Counted from the first letter of the stretch, positions 35,959-46,756 are shown. The stretch: DNA of 58,868 nt from a virus (IMGVR_UViG_3300017700_000348:1-58868); one strand, 5' to 3'. The notes: generated by a model not told the origin, from the letters alone. Translations and numbers: made by a program.

Positions 35959-36090
35959 ATGATGTATACCTCATATGATCCTGAGTTAGACCTTTGGTGT
36001 ATTTGTGATAACGAAGGCTACCCAAAAGAATATTTTAATTCTGAAGAAGAAGCTGATCAAGCTTTGAAACTTTTGGAGCAAGCAGAATGA
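35959..36090 (+). CDS. small acidic protein (YDPE family)
   Basis: GGAGG RBS; YDPELDLWCICDNEGY. Confidence 0.5.
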   Translation: MMYTSYDPELDLWCICDNEGYPKEYFNSEEEADQALKLLEQAE

Positions 36091-36523
36091 AAATGCGCGT
36101 CCAAGCTCAGCACCTACAGGCTGGTGATATTGTGGGAAGTGGTGAGGTTGTGGTTTCAGTGCAAACTTATTTACGCAATGAGCCAAAGAAAGTATCTGTA
36201 TATCTCAAAAATCCTAATCGCGCTGTTATTGTCCCTACTGTAGTTGATAGAGTAAGCACTTGGGGTAAGTACACAGAAATTAATATTGAACGTCCTGAGA
36301 AGGTGGAGAAGGAAGTTGTCAGTGAGAATTGGTCGGATGGAATGAACTAATGCCTGATCACATTCCCTACTTTGATCCTCCATTAACTTCTAAAGAAATT
36401 CTGATGCTAATTCATGCCTTGAATGAAGCTAGGGAAACTGGCATGCTATATGAGATTGCCAAGCCTCATGAGATTGAGCGGCTTAGGACTAAGCTGAGTA
36501 ATGTGAAATAGGGAAAATTTAAA

Positions 36524-36718
36524 ATGTCCAATAAGCTTCTTCTAACAGGATATCAGCTAGGAGCTATGGCTGCTCTTGTTGCTAGTCAAGGAAAAAGCAT
36601 TCCTATGACTATTCCAAATCGTTATGGTGGAGGAAGGCAACAGGGTAAGAGCGCGGCATTAGAAGCGGAGTATCCTGAGCTTAAAAAGAAATGGCCTAAT
36701 GCGCCATATGGCCGTTGA
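36524..36718 (+). CDS. 64-aa protein with terminase-like Q-motif and Walker A fragments
   Basis: LTGYQ ... YGGGRQQGKS. Confidence 0.55.
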   Translation: MSNKLLLTGYQLGAMAALVASQGKSIPMTIPNRYGGGRQQGKSAALEAEYPELKKKWPNAPYGR

Positions 36719-37087
36719 ATACCACGTAAAGATAAACAACATCGTTTGAAAGGATTGCGGCCGTGATCAGCACTCAAGTTATTATTCAATTTGGTACTGG
36801 TACGCTCAACATGGGCTGCGCTAAATGCAAAGGCGAGCCTGATCAGTGGTACATTGCTATTCGTCCTAAGATTGGTCCTCCTGCTGTTGTTGGTGAAAGC
36901 ATTGAGACTAAAGATTTTGATGACAGTCAGGAAATTATTTTGACTTTCCCAACTGAAAAGCAGATGCTCATAGTTAAAGGAGCGTTTGTAAACAAGAGCT
37001 ATGAGGAGACTAAAGAGGCTTGGGATAAAGCTCAGGCTGATAAGGAAGAAACCTTTGCTTGGAATGTCGTAACTAAGGCTGACAGCA

Positions 37088-37342
37088 ATGATTAAATTTT
37101 TAAAACTTACTGAAGTATTAGGTAATAGCGCCACTCAAGACTTGTTGCTTAATCCGGCTCATATTGCGTCAATTAAAATTTCTTCTAAAGGTGTGGACAC
37201 TCATATTTGTATGAGTGGAGCCAATATTAAATATTATTTTGTTCGGGAGAGTGTTGAGCAGATTTGGGAGATGTTGAATGATGACGGTGAGGGTAAGCCT
37301 CAACCAATGGTTATTGACTTAAGAGAAAGATATGTGAAATGA
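37088..37342 (+). CDS. FlbD-like small beta protein
   Basis: MIKF.KLT.....L.LNP.HI..I......T.I.......V.ES.EQI pattern. Confidence 0.5.
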   Translation: MIKFLKLTEVLGNSATQDLLLNPAHIASIKISSKGVDTHICMSGANIKYYFVRESVEQIWEMLNDDGEGKPQPMVIDLRERYVK

Positions 37343-37463
37343 TATCCGAGCTTCGCGCAATGTGGCCTGAGGAGCTTAAGCGCTTCTCTGACGCTGAACT
37401 AGCGAAAGAGTATGAGGACTTCAAAGCCTCAGAGAATGGTAACGACGATAGCCGATTTCTTGA

Positions 37464-38003
37464 ATGGATTGTGGCAACAGATGGATAGGAGCTAATATGG
37501 CTTGGGGTAAGGAATGGCCTAATAGTTTAGCTGGTAAAGCTATTGCTGAGCGAATTAAGCAAGAGCCTGAGCATCCTGTTAGTACTTTAATTAGAGAGAC
37601 TGGAGAAGCGCTAATAGCTTCACTAACGCCCATCGGCATAGGCATTGATCTAGGAGCCGGTGATAGCCAAACTGTTCTGACTACGTTTGATGATGGGAAG
37701 ATTGGTCAGCGGATTATTTCTAGTGAGGAATTATATGCCGAATGGCATAATGCATCAAAAGATTTAAAAGAAGCTGCTACTGTAAAGGTCTACAATAATC
37801 AAATGCCCACACATGATCCTTACACTAATCCTAATGCTCAGCTCTATTATGAATGCAAGTGTGGTGCTATCCTTGATCCGGGTACAAAAAGCTTTGCAGC
37901 GCTCAACAATGCTGCGAGCGACAAGGGATGGAAAGTCCGTTGGCGTAAGGATGGAATGGGTTATGAGCCGTTCTGTGTTGAGTGTGGGAAGGATGTAGAA
38001 TGA
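37464..38003 (+). CDS. hypothetical protein with C-terminal Zn ribbon
   Basis: C.CG...A...GW...CVEC; true start may be further downstream. Confidence 0.55.
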   Translation: MDCGNRWIGANMAWGKEWPNSLAGKAIAERIKQEPEHPVSTLIRETGEALIASLTPIGIGIDLGAGDSQTVLTTFDDGKIGQRIISSEELYAEWHNASKDLKEAATVKVYNNQMPTHDPYTNPNAQLYYECKCGAILDPGTKSFAALNNAASDKGWKVRWRKDGMGYEPFCVECGKDVE

Positions 38004-39662
38004 TAGAAGTTTTAAAAGAATGGCGAGATGCAAGAGAAGATATATTTAAAAATACTTCTAAAATTTCAGAAGAAAACACTGAACGGTGGAAACGTTTATC
38101 TGAAGCTGAGCATAAGTTAATGATATTGGCTAGAGAATTATCATGATCCGCGCATGGCTAATTAGAGCTTGCATCTCAATGCCAATCCTGATAGGGTTGG
38201 CAAAATTAATAGAATGGAGATTAATAAAGCAATGAATACATTCTCATTTATGCTTTGGATGGTTACATTTTGTAGTGATGGTTCTGGAATTGTAAAAGAA
38301 AAATGTGAAGATCATTCTCCTTCAACATCTGTAACTATGAGTTTATTTGGTGGAAATGGCTATTGCGACTTTAACAATACAAATGAATGTAAGCCTGACC
38401 ATCTTATTCGGATTGAGCAGGATGGTAAACTGATTATATCAGTGCCAGTTTCGGTATTAACTCTAGAACAACTAAATATGTTGATGCTAGCGGCTAAACC
38501 TATTGATAGAGCTATAAAATGAGAAACGATATTAACCGTCACTACAATGATATCCCTTGGTATCATGCTGTACCAATTGGAGTGCTAATCTTTCTTGTAT
38601 GGTTGGTGGTACGATGACTGTAATTAATATTTTAAACAATCCTCAGAAGCTCGCTGTTAGATTTAAGCTGGTGAATGAGCGTATTAGGTTGGCTGAGGAG
38701 CGTAAGGCAATCCGGCTTAGGTTGACGTTGGCTATAGTGGAGGATATATTACGTGATAATTGATCCTATTGAGCTTATCATTTCAGAAGCTTTAACTGCA
38801 ACAGGCATAAAGCATACTCATGAGAGTGAGAATAAAGAACAGCGCTTTGACTTTATTTTAACTATTTCTGGTGTAGCTATCGAGTGTAAGCAATTTCCAT
38901 CTGACAGAACTGAAGCTCAAATTTTAAAAGCTGACAACTTGATACTAATTCAAGGTCGCACAGCAGCTTACGCTTTTGCTAATATGATTAGGAATGCAAA
39001 ATGAAAAACCGTAAGCAGCTCCTAGCGGACTTCTATTTAGAATTGCTAGCTGTACCGTATAATAGTCCATTCAGGATTAAGCATTTGGCTTTGTATAGCG
39101 AAGTGCGTAACGCAATGGCTAGAGAGCTTTGCGAGACTGAGGAAGTAGTGCAGACTATCTTTGAGCGAATGGCTGAGGAAGATAAATGAAAATAGAACTT
39201 CCTGATGAACGTATAATAGCTATGCTTGGCTTTCATCCTAGCACTCCAATAGCAGAAGCAATTGGTATGTTTATGAGGAATAGAACATTAAATAAAGATG
39301 TAGTATTTCATCGTATTGGTGAAATGGCTTTGGAGAAATTTGTAGATGACAACCTATCCCGCTAAAAAATTAAAGCGTATCGAGAAGCCTAAGCCTTGTG
39401 TGGAGTGTCAAGTTAACTTAGCTAATCCTCCTAGTAAACTCTGCCCCGACTGTCAGGCTTATAAGGAGCATCAGAAATGAGCAATGATATGATGGTGGGT
39501 ATTATTATTGGATATGGATTTGCTAAATGGGTTATGCCTTATTTTAAAGAAATGTTTTGCAAATGAAATATTTTAAAAATAGTCCTCGTAATTGCTATTT
39601 GTTGTTAGTGTTTATAGTCTTGTGTATAATGATAGCTGTGATGACAGGGAGCTTGATTATTC

Positions 39663-39899
39663 ATGCCAGATAATGAAATGATTGAGCGAGTATGCGCTGC
39701 CATATTTAATGATAATGCTGGAGCATGTGCTTGCTTAGGGCCTTTACCGTGGTGTAGATGTAGGAAAAACAAAGCTATAGAAATAATCAAAGCTATGCGA
39801 GAGCCTACTGAGAAGATGATTGCTGCTATGAATTTTGTTCATAGAAAAGACGCCATTGTTGTTTGGCAGACAGTAATTGACGCGGTGATTAATGACTGA
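39663..39899 (+). CDS. hypothetical protein (AMREPT family)
   Basis: MIERV..A...I.AMREPT..M...W...IDA. Confidence 0.6.
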   Translation: MPDNEMIERVCAAIFNDNAGACACLGPLPWCRCRKNKAIEIIKAMREPTEKMIAAMNFVHRKDAIVVWQTVIDAVIND

Positions 39900-40541
39900 C
39901 AAGCAATCTGTAGAGGACGCAATTAAGCAGCTCGTATTGGCTAATGCTGATGGTGAAATCAAGTCTCTAGCGTTTGTTATGATCAATCATGATGGTGAGC
40001 CGGAAATGCAAATTGCAATGGCTCCCGGCACAGCTTATGCTGTTGTGACAAGTCTGGAAATTTTAAAAATTAATATCATCAGCAAAATTATCAATGATGG
40101 TGGTGTAGCTCCAAAGGATAGACAATGACAAGAGCGGTAGCTAGAGCATTGTGTGAAGCTGGATATATGAGCGTAGCTGAATATTTAAAGCTATGTGAAA
40201 AGAATGGATGGAAATAATGACAGCCATTGCTTGGGCTATTATATGGATAGCCACTTCTCACTATAGGGATGTTAAATTAAAAGGTTATAATGCCTTTGGT
40301 ACTGTCATTTGCTTTTTTATGATGTTTGCTTTAACTATTAAGGAATTGGTCCGATGACTGATCCAACAGGCAATGCTTTACTGGCTAGGATTAAGGAGCT
40401 GGAGGAGGCTTTGGAGCCTTTTGCTGATGCTGCTGAAAATACGGACATGTGGCCAGATGATTTTTATATTTCTGATAGTGATGTAGTAGGCTCTAGTTTA
40501 AGATTTATAGATATAAGAAATGCTCGCAAGGTTCTAAACAA

Positions 40542-41024
40542 ATGACTTGGGGTAATCCTCCTCCTTTCAAACCTGATCCCCCTAAGAAGGGGAAGAAGAT
40601 AACTCCTGAAGATTTAGCTGCTTCAGGCAGTGAGGACGGAAATCAGGCCGCCGTTTTCTGTTGGGCTGCTGATGAAGTCATTGCTGGACGCTACCCACAA
40701 CTGCAATGGATGTTTGCAATTCCTAATGGAGGCTCCCGGCATATTGCTGAAGCGACTAAGTTTGTGGGCACTGGTATTCGCTCTGGTGTTCCTGATATAT
40801 TTTTGCCTACTGTTCAACCTAATGAAAAATTTAAAACTTACTATGCTGGCTGCTTTATTGAAATGAAAGCAGAGAAACGACGCGGCCAAAAGAATGGTGG
40901 TGTAGAAGAAAATCAAATTGAATATATGGAGTATCTTGCTAGCTCTGGCTACTACTGCAAAGTATGTTATAGCTGGACTGAGGCTAGGGATACGTTGATT
41001 GCTTATTTGGAGGGGAAATTGTGA
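40542..41024 (+). CDS. VRR-NUC domain nuclease
   Basis: FAIPNGG.R, GVPDIFL, FIEMK, Q..Y...L...GY...VC. Confidence 0.85.
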   Translation: MTWGNPPPFKPDPPKKGKKITPEDLAASGSEDGNQAAVFCWAADEVIAGRYPQLQWMFAIPNGGSRHIAEATKFVGTGIRSGVPDIFLPTVQPNEKFKTYYAGCFIEMKAEKRRGQKNGGVEENQIEYMEYLASSGYYCKVCYSWTEARDTLIAYLEGKL

Positions 41025-41146
41025 TTATTGTAAAGATGTCATTCTCAGAAGCTAAGCAGATGCTACTATCTAAAGGTGTAGCTGACCCTTATTCTGTATT
41101 GCAAGCTTTAATTGCTCTAGGTGTGATTAAGTTGGAAAAATAACAA

Positions 41147-41175
41147 TTGACTTTAATTTTTTAACCGTATAGATA
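41147..41175 (+). promoter_or_regulatory. repeated early promoter
   Basis: TTGAC-N13-CCGT-ATAGATA. Confidence 0.7.
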
Positions 41176-41394
41176 GGCTGTATTCCAACTGGAGTACAGC
41201 CTAATGTCTGAATACGACTATAAGCCTTATCAAGCTCAATTTGATAAAGGTTATGAGGCTGGCAAAAATGCTTGGCGTTACAGCCCTCCTGATTTTCGCA
41301 CTGATGCTCAAGCCAATGAAGCCTATAACAAAGGCTGGAAAAAAGGTTGCGAAGCACTTAAAGCTTGGGATAAAGCTAATGGATGGAGCCAATA

Positions 41395-42045
41395 ATGACT
41401 GAAGCCCGCAAAAAGATGCTCGAAAAAGTCAGAGCCATGCTCAATACTGAGGGCAGGACTGAAGCTGAAATTATGGCTTTCCTAGCCAAGGCTAGGGAGC
41501 TGATGGCGACATATGATATTGATGAAAGCGAGCTTAACGCCGCTGAGAAGGCTGAAGTTCACAAAACAGCTCCTTCTGACCCTTATGATATTAAGAAGGG
41601 CTTGAGTGTTAATGTGGGCAAATTTACCAGCACAAAGGCTTTTAAGGACCGTGAGCAGGTAATCTGTTTCGCTGGTAAGCCAGGAGATATTATTTTCGCA
41701 ACGTGGCTGCTGGATACGCTCCAACGCTTTGTAATGCGCGCTCTAAGGAACTATCAGAAGGAGTTGATTAAGGATAAGGGTAAGTTTCACAGCAATAATT
41801 TGACTTCAGCTAGCTTTGTGGCGGGTTGTGCCCATAGGATCAATGAAAAGCTTGCTGAGCTTGCTCCTAAGAATTGGGCTGTAACTCAAGAGCTGATTGT
41901 AAAAGAGCTTAATATGTCTCTGGTTAAGTCTAGAGGGCCGTCTAAGCGGCTTAGTGAGAAGGATGCAGCAGCAGGCATTAAGGCTGGCAATAGTGCTAGG
42001 TTTGATAGGCCGGTTGAGGCTGGTGGAGGGAAATATTTGAAATGA
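41395..42045 (+). CDS. DUF2786-like protein
   Basis: LEKVRAML..EGRTEAE......A.ELM..Y.I N-terminus; SF..G...I; G...G C-terminus. Confidence 0.65.
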   Translation: MTEARKKMLEKVRAMLNTEGRTEAEIMAFLAKARELMATYDIDESELNAAEKAEVHKTAPSDPYDIKKGLSVNVGKFTSTKAFKDREQVICFAGKPGDIIFATWLLDTLQRFVMRALRNYQKELIKDKGKFHSNNLTSASFVAGCAHRINEKLAELAPKNWAVTQELIVKELNMSLVKSRGPSKRLSEKDAAAGIKAGNSARFDRPVEAGGGKYLK

Positions 42046-42210
42046 TGTATTATGTTGGGTTGATTTTACTATTTTTCTCATTTGTATGCTTAATTTCAGG
42101 CATTAAATATGCCAGAAAGAAAGATTATGCTACAGCTAGAATTGAAGAAATTTTAATGGTGCTATGGCTAATAGCTGCTCTAATTTGTTTTAAATAATTT
42201 AAGAATACTG

Positions 42211-42240
42211 TTGACAGCAATTGCTGATCCGTTTATAACT
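42211..42240 (+). promoter_or_regulatory. repeated early promoter
   Basis: TTGAC-N13-CCGT-TTATAAC. Confidence 0.75.
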
Positions 42241-42267
42241 TAATTTATCAGCAACGGAGATAGGCAG

Positions 42268-42501
42268 ATGACTTTAGAACAGCTCAAGACACTGATGGAT
42301 AGTGGTAAGTTTCATCATGCCACAAGGCGTACAGATTTTGCGCGTGGATTGCACATTTATGCTGTTGCAGAGCCGGGAAATAAGCTTGGTTTTCGTGGCT
42401 TTGAATATGTTGGCTATTTTAGTGAGTACGATAAAGAGCTTTGTGATGCTGCGTATGAGATGACGCGCAAAACCGGGGTTTCTGTAGGTAGTTACAGTTG
42501 A
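42268..42501 (+). CDS. small early protein
   Basis: GGAG RBS; stop codon lies inside the next promoter's -35. Confidence 0.6.
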   Translation: MTLEQLKTLMDSGKFHHATRRTDFARGLHIYAVAEPGNKLGFRGFEYVGYFSEYDKELCDAAYEMTRKTGVSVGSYS

Positions 42502-42527
42502 CTTAAATAATTAAACCGTCCATAAAC
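42498..42527 (+). promoter_or_regulatory. repeated early promoter
   Basis: TTGAC-N13-CCGT-CCATAAA. Confidence 0.75.
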
Positions 42528-42553
42528 AAATCACACAAACAGGAGAATGCAAA

Positions 42554-42757
42554 ATGAAGGTTTTCAAGTGCAAGTTTGATAGCATCTTTTCTGAATTTGG
42601 CAATAATGATCTGCGCTTGCGCTGCGTTATGCTTGAGGACCATGATAAGCATGGTGGTTGCAATGGTGAAGTTACCATTACTTCCCGGCTTAAGATGGTG
42701 GATTTTGAGCGCAAGTTTGCTGTAACTAATTCAAATAATATTTACGATTGGAGTTGA
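42554..42757 (+). CDS. small early protein
   Basis: AGGAG RBS; stop codon lies inside the next promoter's -35. Confidence 0.6.
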   Translation: MKVFKCKFDSIFSEFGNNDLRLRCVMLEDHDKHGGCNGEVTITSRLKMVDFERKFAVTNSNNIYDWS

Positions 42758-42783
42758 CTATCTAATTCAATCCGTTTAATAGT
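42754..42783 (+). promoter_or_regulatory. repeated early promoter
   Basis: TTGAC-N13-CCGT-TTAATAG. Confidence 0.75.
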
Positions 42784-42812
42784 TAAATCACTCTCAACCA
42801 AAGGAACATCAA

Positions 42813-43643
42813 ATGGCTTCGCTTAAGGAAATGGGCACTCGCAAGGAATATTTCAACATTGATCCGCGCAAGCTTCAAATCAGGGACGGCTGGAATAGCC
42901 GTGACTTCTCTGATCCGGCCAATATCGCTCATGTTGAGGATTTAGCCAAGTCGATTGCTGAAAATGGCGTCAAGGAGCCGCTGAAGGTCTACCTTGAAGG
43001 CGACGTTCCCTATGTGACGAATGGTGAATGCCGCTATCGCGCTGTGATGCTCTGCCTTGAGCGCGGCATTGATATCAAGGCTGTCCCGGTGCTGTCTGAG
43101 GACAAGAGCGGAAATGAAGCTGACCGGCTGTTTACTCAGTTTATCAGCAACTCTGGTAAGCCTTTTGGCCCCATTGAGAATGCGCGGCTGTTCAAGCGTT
43201 TGATTGATATGGGATGGCAGCAGAATGATGTTGCCAAGAAAACTGGCTTCTCTGGTGGCCGCATTAGCCAGTTGCTCGAATTGCTGCGCTTGCCTAACGT
43301 CCTCCAGAAGTTCATTACTGAAGGCAAAGCTTCTGCCTCCATGGTGCTGAGCGTTTGGAAGAAGCACAATGAAGATACTGCTCTTGCTGTTGCTGAGCTG
43401 TCTGGAGCTGTTGCAACGGCTGAGGCTGATGGTCGCAAGCGTGCCATGCCTAAAGATACTGAAGGTAACGGCGAAGGTGGAGGCAAGGAGACCAAGGAGA
43501 AGCGCAACTCATTGAAGGCTCATATCAAGGCTATGGTTGAAAAGGCTTATGCTGAGGAGCGTATTGAAGATAGTGAGGATATGGTTACAATGAGCATCTC
43601 TGAGGGGGATTGGGCTGAGCTGATGCAAATGATTGACTACTGA
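42813..43643 (+). CDS. ParB/Srx-like N-terminal domain plus HTH protein
   Basis: LAKSIAENGV.EPL, NGECRYRA, and an HTH (QNDVAKKTG.S...ISQLL.L..LP). Confidence 0.8.
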   Translation: MASLKEMGTRKEYFNIDPRKLQIRDGWNSRDFSDPANIAHVEDLAKSIAENGVKEPLKVYLEGDVPYVTNGECRYRAVMLCLERGIDIKAVPVLSEDKSGNEADRLFTQFISNSGKPFGPIENARLFKRLIDMGWQQNDVAKKTGFSGGRISQLLELLRLPNVLQKFITEGKASASMVLSVWKKHNEDTALAVAELSGAVATAEADGRKRAMPKDTEGNGEGGGKETKEKRNSLKAHIKAMVEKAYAEERIEDSEDMVTMSISEGDWAELMQMIDY

Positions 43644-43651
43644 GTTAGGAT

Positions 43652-43685
43652 GGAGGAGCAGACAAAGCTCCTCCTTTAACTTTTA
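43652..43685 (+). terminator. intrinsic terminator
   Basis: GGAGGAGC-AGACAAA-GCTCCTCC followed by a T-rich tail. Confidence 0.7.
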
Positions 43686-43824
43686 AAGAGGCGAGGAGTG
43701 ATATGATGTTAATGTTTTATTATAAATCTTACTCACATTGGGGGCAATTTAAACTACTGGTTAAATTTGATACAGATAAGGTAATATTTGATGAAATTGA
43801 TCAAATGTGGTATGAGGAATAGTC

Positions 43825-44052
43825 ATGCCACGCTATCTTGATCACGTCAAAGAAGCTCAGGAAGAAGCCCATAAGCATGGAGCCAATCTAAACTATGAGA
43901 TCAGGTCAAAGAAAATAGCTTGCGTGATCAGTTACAATAGCAAAACTAGAAAGCTATTTATATCAAAGACACCTAGCGATATCAGAGCCGTGCTTAAGAT
44001 CAGGTGTGACGTTAGAAAAGTGATTGTGGAATTAGGAGGAGTAGTCAGGTGA
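43825..44052 (+). CDS. HicA-fold-like small protein
   Basis: SKTPSD.R......D.R motif. Confidence 0.4.
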   Translation: MPRYLDHVKEAQEEAHKHGANLNYEIRSKKIACVISYNSKTRKLFISKTPSDIRAVLKIRCDVRKVIVELGGVVR

Positions 44053-44965
44053 GTGATAATTTAGGAAAGGCATTTCACAATCAAGGTATTGATGATTGTA
44101 TTAAGCTGACGAGTCGCTGGCGCGATGACGCTAAAGAATTTAAGGACACTACTCCTAACTGTATGCTTCAATACAATCTATTGAATAATCTGATAATTGC
44201 TCTGGCCAATTTAAAGAAATCTTAACTTCCTCCTGATAGCTTCTGCCCACACAAACGCAGGAGCTATCATGGAACATCTTTGGATTGCCGCTGAAATCGT
44301 TAAAGGGCTTGCCATCTTTGGGAGCCTGTCTATAGTGTGGGCAGTATTGGTTATCCTTTTTGGGGGATGAATGAGGACACCTAGAAAAAAGAGACTTCGC
44401 AAGAAAATTAAAATTTTAAGTGACGATGAAAAGAAAGCCTTTGCTCAAAAGTTGATTGACGGTAAGATGATTAAACAGCTCATAGCTGAGTATGACATAT
44501 CAGCTCCTTACGGTTATCAAATATTCAGGGAATTGCTGGAATACAAAATAGAATGGAAAATGAGGAATAGTGAATGAGATATTTTGTTTGGGAGCCTAGC
44601 CTTCTAGGTCCTGTTGCTCGTATCTGGCACGATAAGCAGACAGATGGTAATGGCAAGGATCAGCCTACAGTAGGTAAGCCTGTCCTTTTGCATGACAAGG
44701 ATGCTAGGACGTTGGAGGAGCTGAAGAAGGATTATCCTTGTGACAATGAGGCAAAAGGATGACAAAGCAACATGAGCTTGCCTATTATAATGATGGGCAT
44801 GTAAAAGTTGCGTACTGCCGAAAGTGTTCTGCTGAGGGTCTAAAACTTCTAGAAGATTGTCCACAAAAAATAGAAAAACCTCTTGACGAAAAGAAACCAA
44901 ACGACTAAATCAGACTTATTGAAATCAGGGAATAACCCCTAAATCATAAAACGAGGAATTGTAAA

Positions 44966-45631
44966 ATGGTCGATAAGGCGTATTTGAAGATGATTGTTGA
45001 TGCTACCAAAGCAGGTCAGCCTGCTTACGTTGGTCAGGTGATGGGCCAGCCTATGCTGGCGCATACTCCGCCGCTGATCGAAATTAATGGTGAAGTTATC
45101 AATCCGGCTGATCCGTCTCAGGTTCTTTGCCGTTCTACCGCTGCTGCTGACGATTATCTGACGGCTCATGCTGGCGATGAAGCTCAGGATAGCGCAGCTA
45201 AGTCTACTGGCAATTACGCTGTCCTTAGCGGTATTACGCTTCCCCCGGCTAAGAAGCGTGGCAGCAATGGTGGTGCTGGTGCTCCGACTAAGTACCCGTT
45301 TGCCACTATGGAAGTCGGGCATGTGTTCTTCTCTGCCAATAGCGAGCATAACAAGGGCGATGCTGTTAAGGCCCTTGGTAGCACTGTATCTGCTCAGAAT
45401 GATAAGTACGCTGAGCCTACTGGCGAGATGAAAACTGTAACCCGCGCGGTTCGCGATCCTGTTACCAAGAAGGCTAAGATTGGCCCTGATGGCAAGAAGG
45501 AAACTGAGACTGTGCAGCTCCCGGTTAAGAAGTATAACCGTAAGTTTACCATTCGTCCGGTGCAGAAGGGCTATCAGTCTGGTAGCTGGACTGCTCCTGA
45601 GGATGGCGCGTTGGTTGCTCGTACTATCTAA
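44966..45631 (+). CDS. probable DNA-binding protein (KYPF family), paralog of 47429-48127
   Basis: TKYPFATMEVG..FF; C-terminal DGALV.R. Confidence 0.6.
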   Translation: MVDKAYLKMIVDATKAGQPAYVGQVMGQPMLAHTPPLIEINGEVINPADPSQVLCRSTAAADDYLTAHAGDEAQDSAAKSTGNYAVLSGITLPPAKKRGSNGGAGAPTKYPFATMEVGHVFFSANSEHNKGDAVKALGSTVSAQNDKYAEPTGEMKTVTRAVRDPVTKKAKIGPDGKKETETVQLPVKKYNRKFTIRPVQKGYQSGSWTAPEDGALVARTI

Positions 45632-45827
45632 TAGACTAATCGGCTATACAGTAGCAGGCTTGATAACCTGTAAACGTCTAAATCCTAGAGCTAGCTTATC
45701 ACTAGTTTTGGTTTGCATAGATGAAAAAACTGTTGGCTTTAAGCGCAGGATTAGAGGTTGCAAACTCTGGCAAACCGCGCAAATTAATTGTTAATACTAG
45801 AAGTAATTTCATAACCTGAGTATTATA

Positions 45828-45872
45828 GCCGGGAGGTGGAGGGCAATTCTTCCTCCCGGCTCTTTAATTTTT
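45828..45872 (+). terminator. intrinsic terminator
   Basis: GCCGGGAGG ... CCTCCCGGC followed by a T-rich tail. Confidence 0.7.
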
Positions 45873-46302
45873 AATGAGAGAATAAAAATGCCATATAATA
45901 AATATGAGCCGGGTGCTGAAAATAGGCGTCTGGATGAAATCAACACTCACTGCCCTATTTACGTTTTCATTATTGATTTAGCTCACGATGACGAAATAGT
46001 CTATCAGACTGAGTTGGATTATGCCAATTATGCTGATAGAAAGCGATTAGGACGGCTCACGTTTTGGGCCGTCATGAATGGGCATAGTGTTGAGACAATG
46101 AATAAGAATGATGCTGAGCCTCCGATACAGAAAGGATGATTATGGAACATCAAGAATACATAGCTCCATCAGGAGAAACAATAAGTAAATATAAAGATGG
46201 CCCTTATTGGTATGTTTGCTGCGATAATGAAAAAGAAAATCGTTGGTCTAAAATGTATCGCAATGAAGAAGATGCAAATATTGAATTTGAAAGGTGGCAC
46301 AA

Positions 46303-46518
46303 ATGACAATTCACAATTTTCAATTCCAAGAAAGCTCTATGCTGGATAACTGCTCCTATAATGATAATACTAGGGAGCTGACTGTAACTTTTACTAATGG
46401 TAAAAGTTACACATATGAGGACGTAGAGCGTTCTACTTATGACGATTTGACCAATGCTCCTAGCGCAGGACGTTATTTCAATTCTGTTAAAGGTGGATTG
46501 AAGGTGAAGCAGCCATGA
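46303..46518 (+). CDS. KTSC domain protein
   Basis: SS.....Y......L.V.F.NG..Y.Y..V....Y..L..A.S.G.YFN. Confidence 0.85.
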   Translation: MTIHNFQFQESSMLDNCSYNDNTRELTVTFTNGKSYTYEDVERSTYDDLTNAPSAGRYFNSVKGGLKVKQP

Positions 46519-46729
46519 ATGAGCCTGTAAAGCTAGTCACAACTAAACCAGATAGTGAGCTTGCTAAAGAATTAAAAGAGGAGCTTGTATCAGGAGCGCA
46601 AGCTTGGTTAGAAGCTTGTACTAAAGCTCATAAAGCTGGCTTTGGAGTACAGGCTAATTTTGGTCCTAATTATTTAGGCCAATATGTTATTCAATCGTTG
46701 ATGCTCGTTAAGCAGTTTTAATTTCTTAA

Positions 46730-46756
46730 GCGCTCTTGGTGGAATTGGTAGACACG
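46730..46756 (+). pseudogene. 5' fragment of a second tRNA-Leu-type gene
   Basis: GCGCTCTTGGTGGAATTGGTAGACACG nearly duplicates the 5' end of the intact tRNA 40 nt downstream. Confidence 0.6.

Noticed and set aside
42813-43643. ParB as evidence of a plasmid-prophage lifestyle
   Set aside because: No ParA, Rep, protelomerase, integrase or clear repressor was found.
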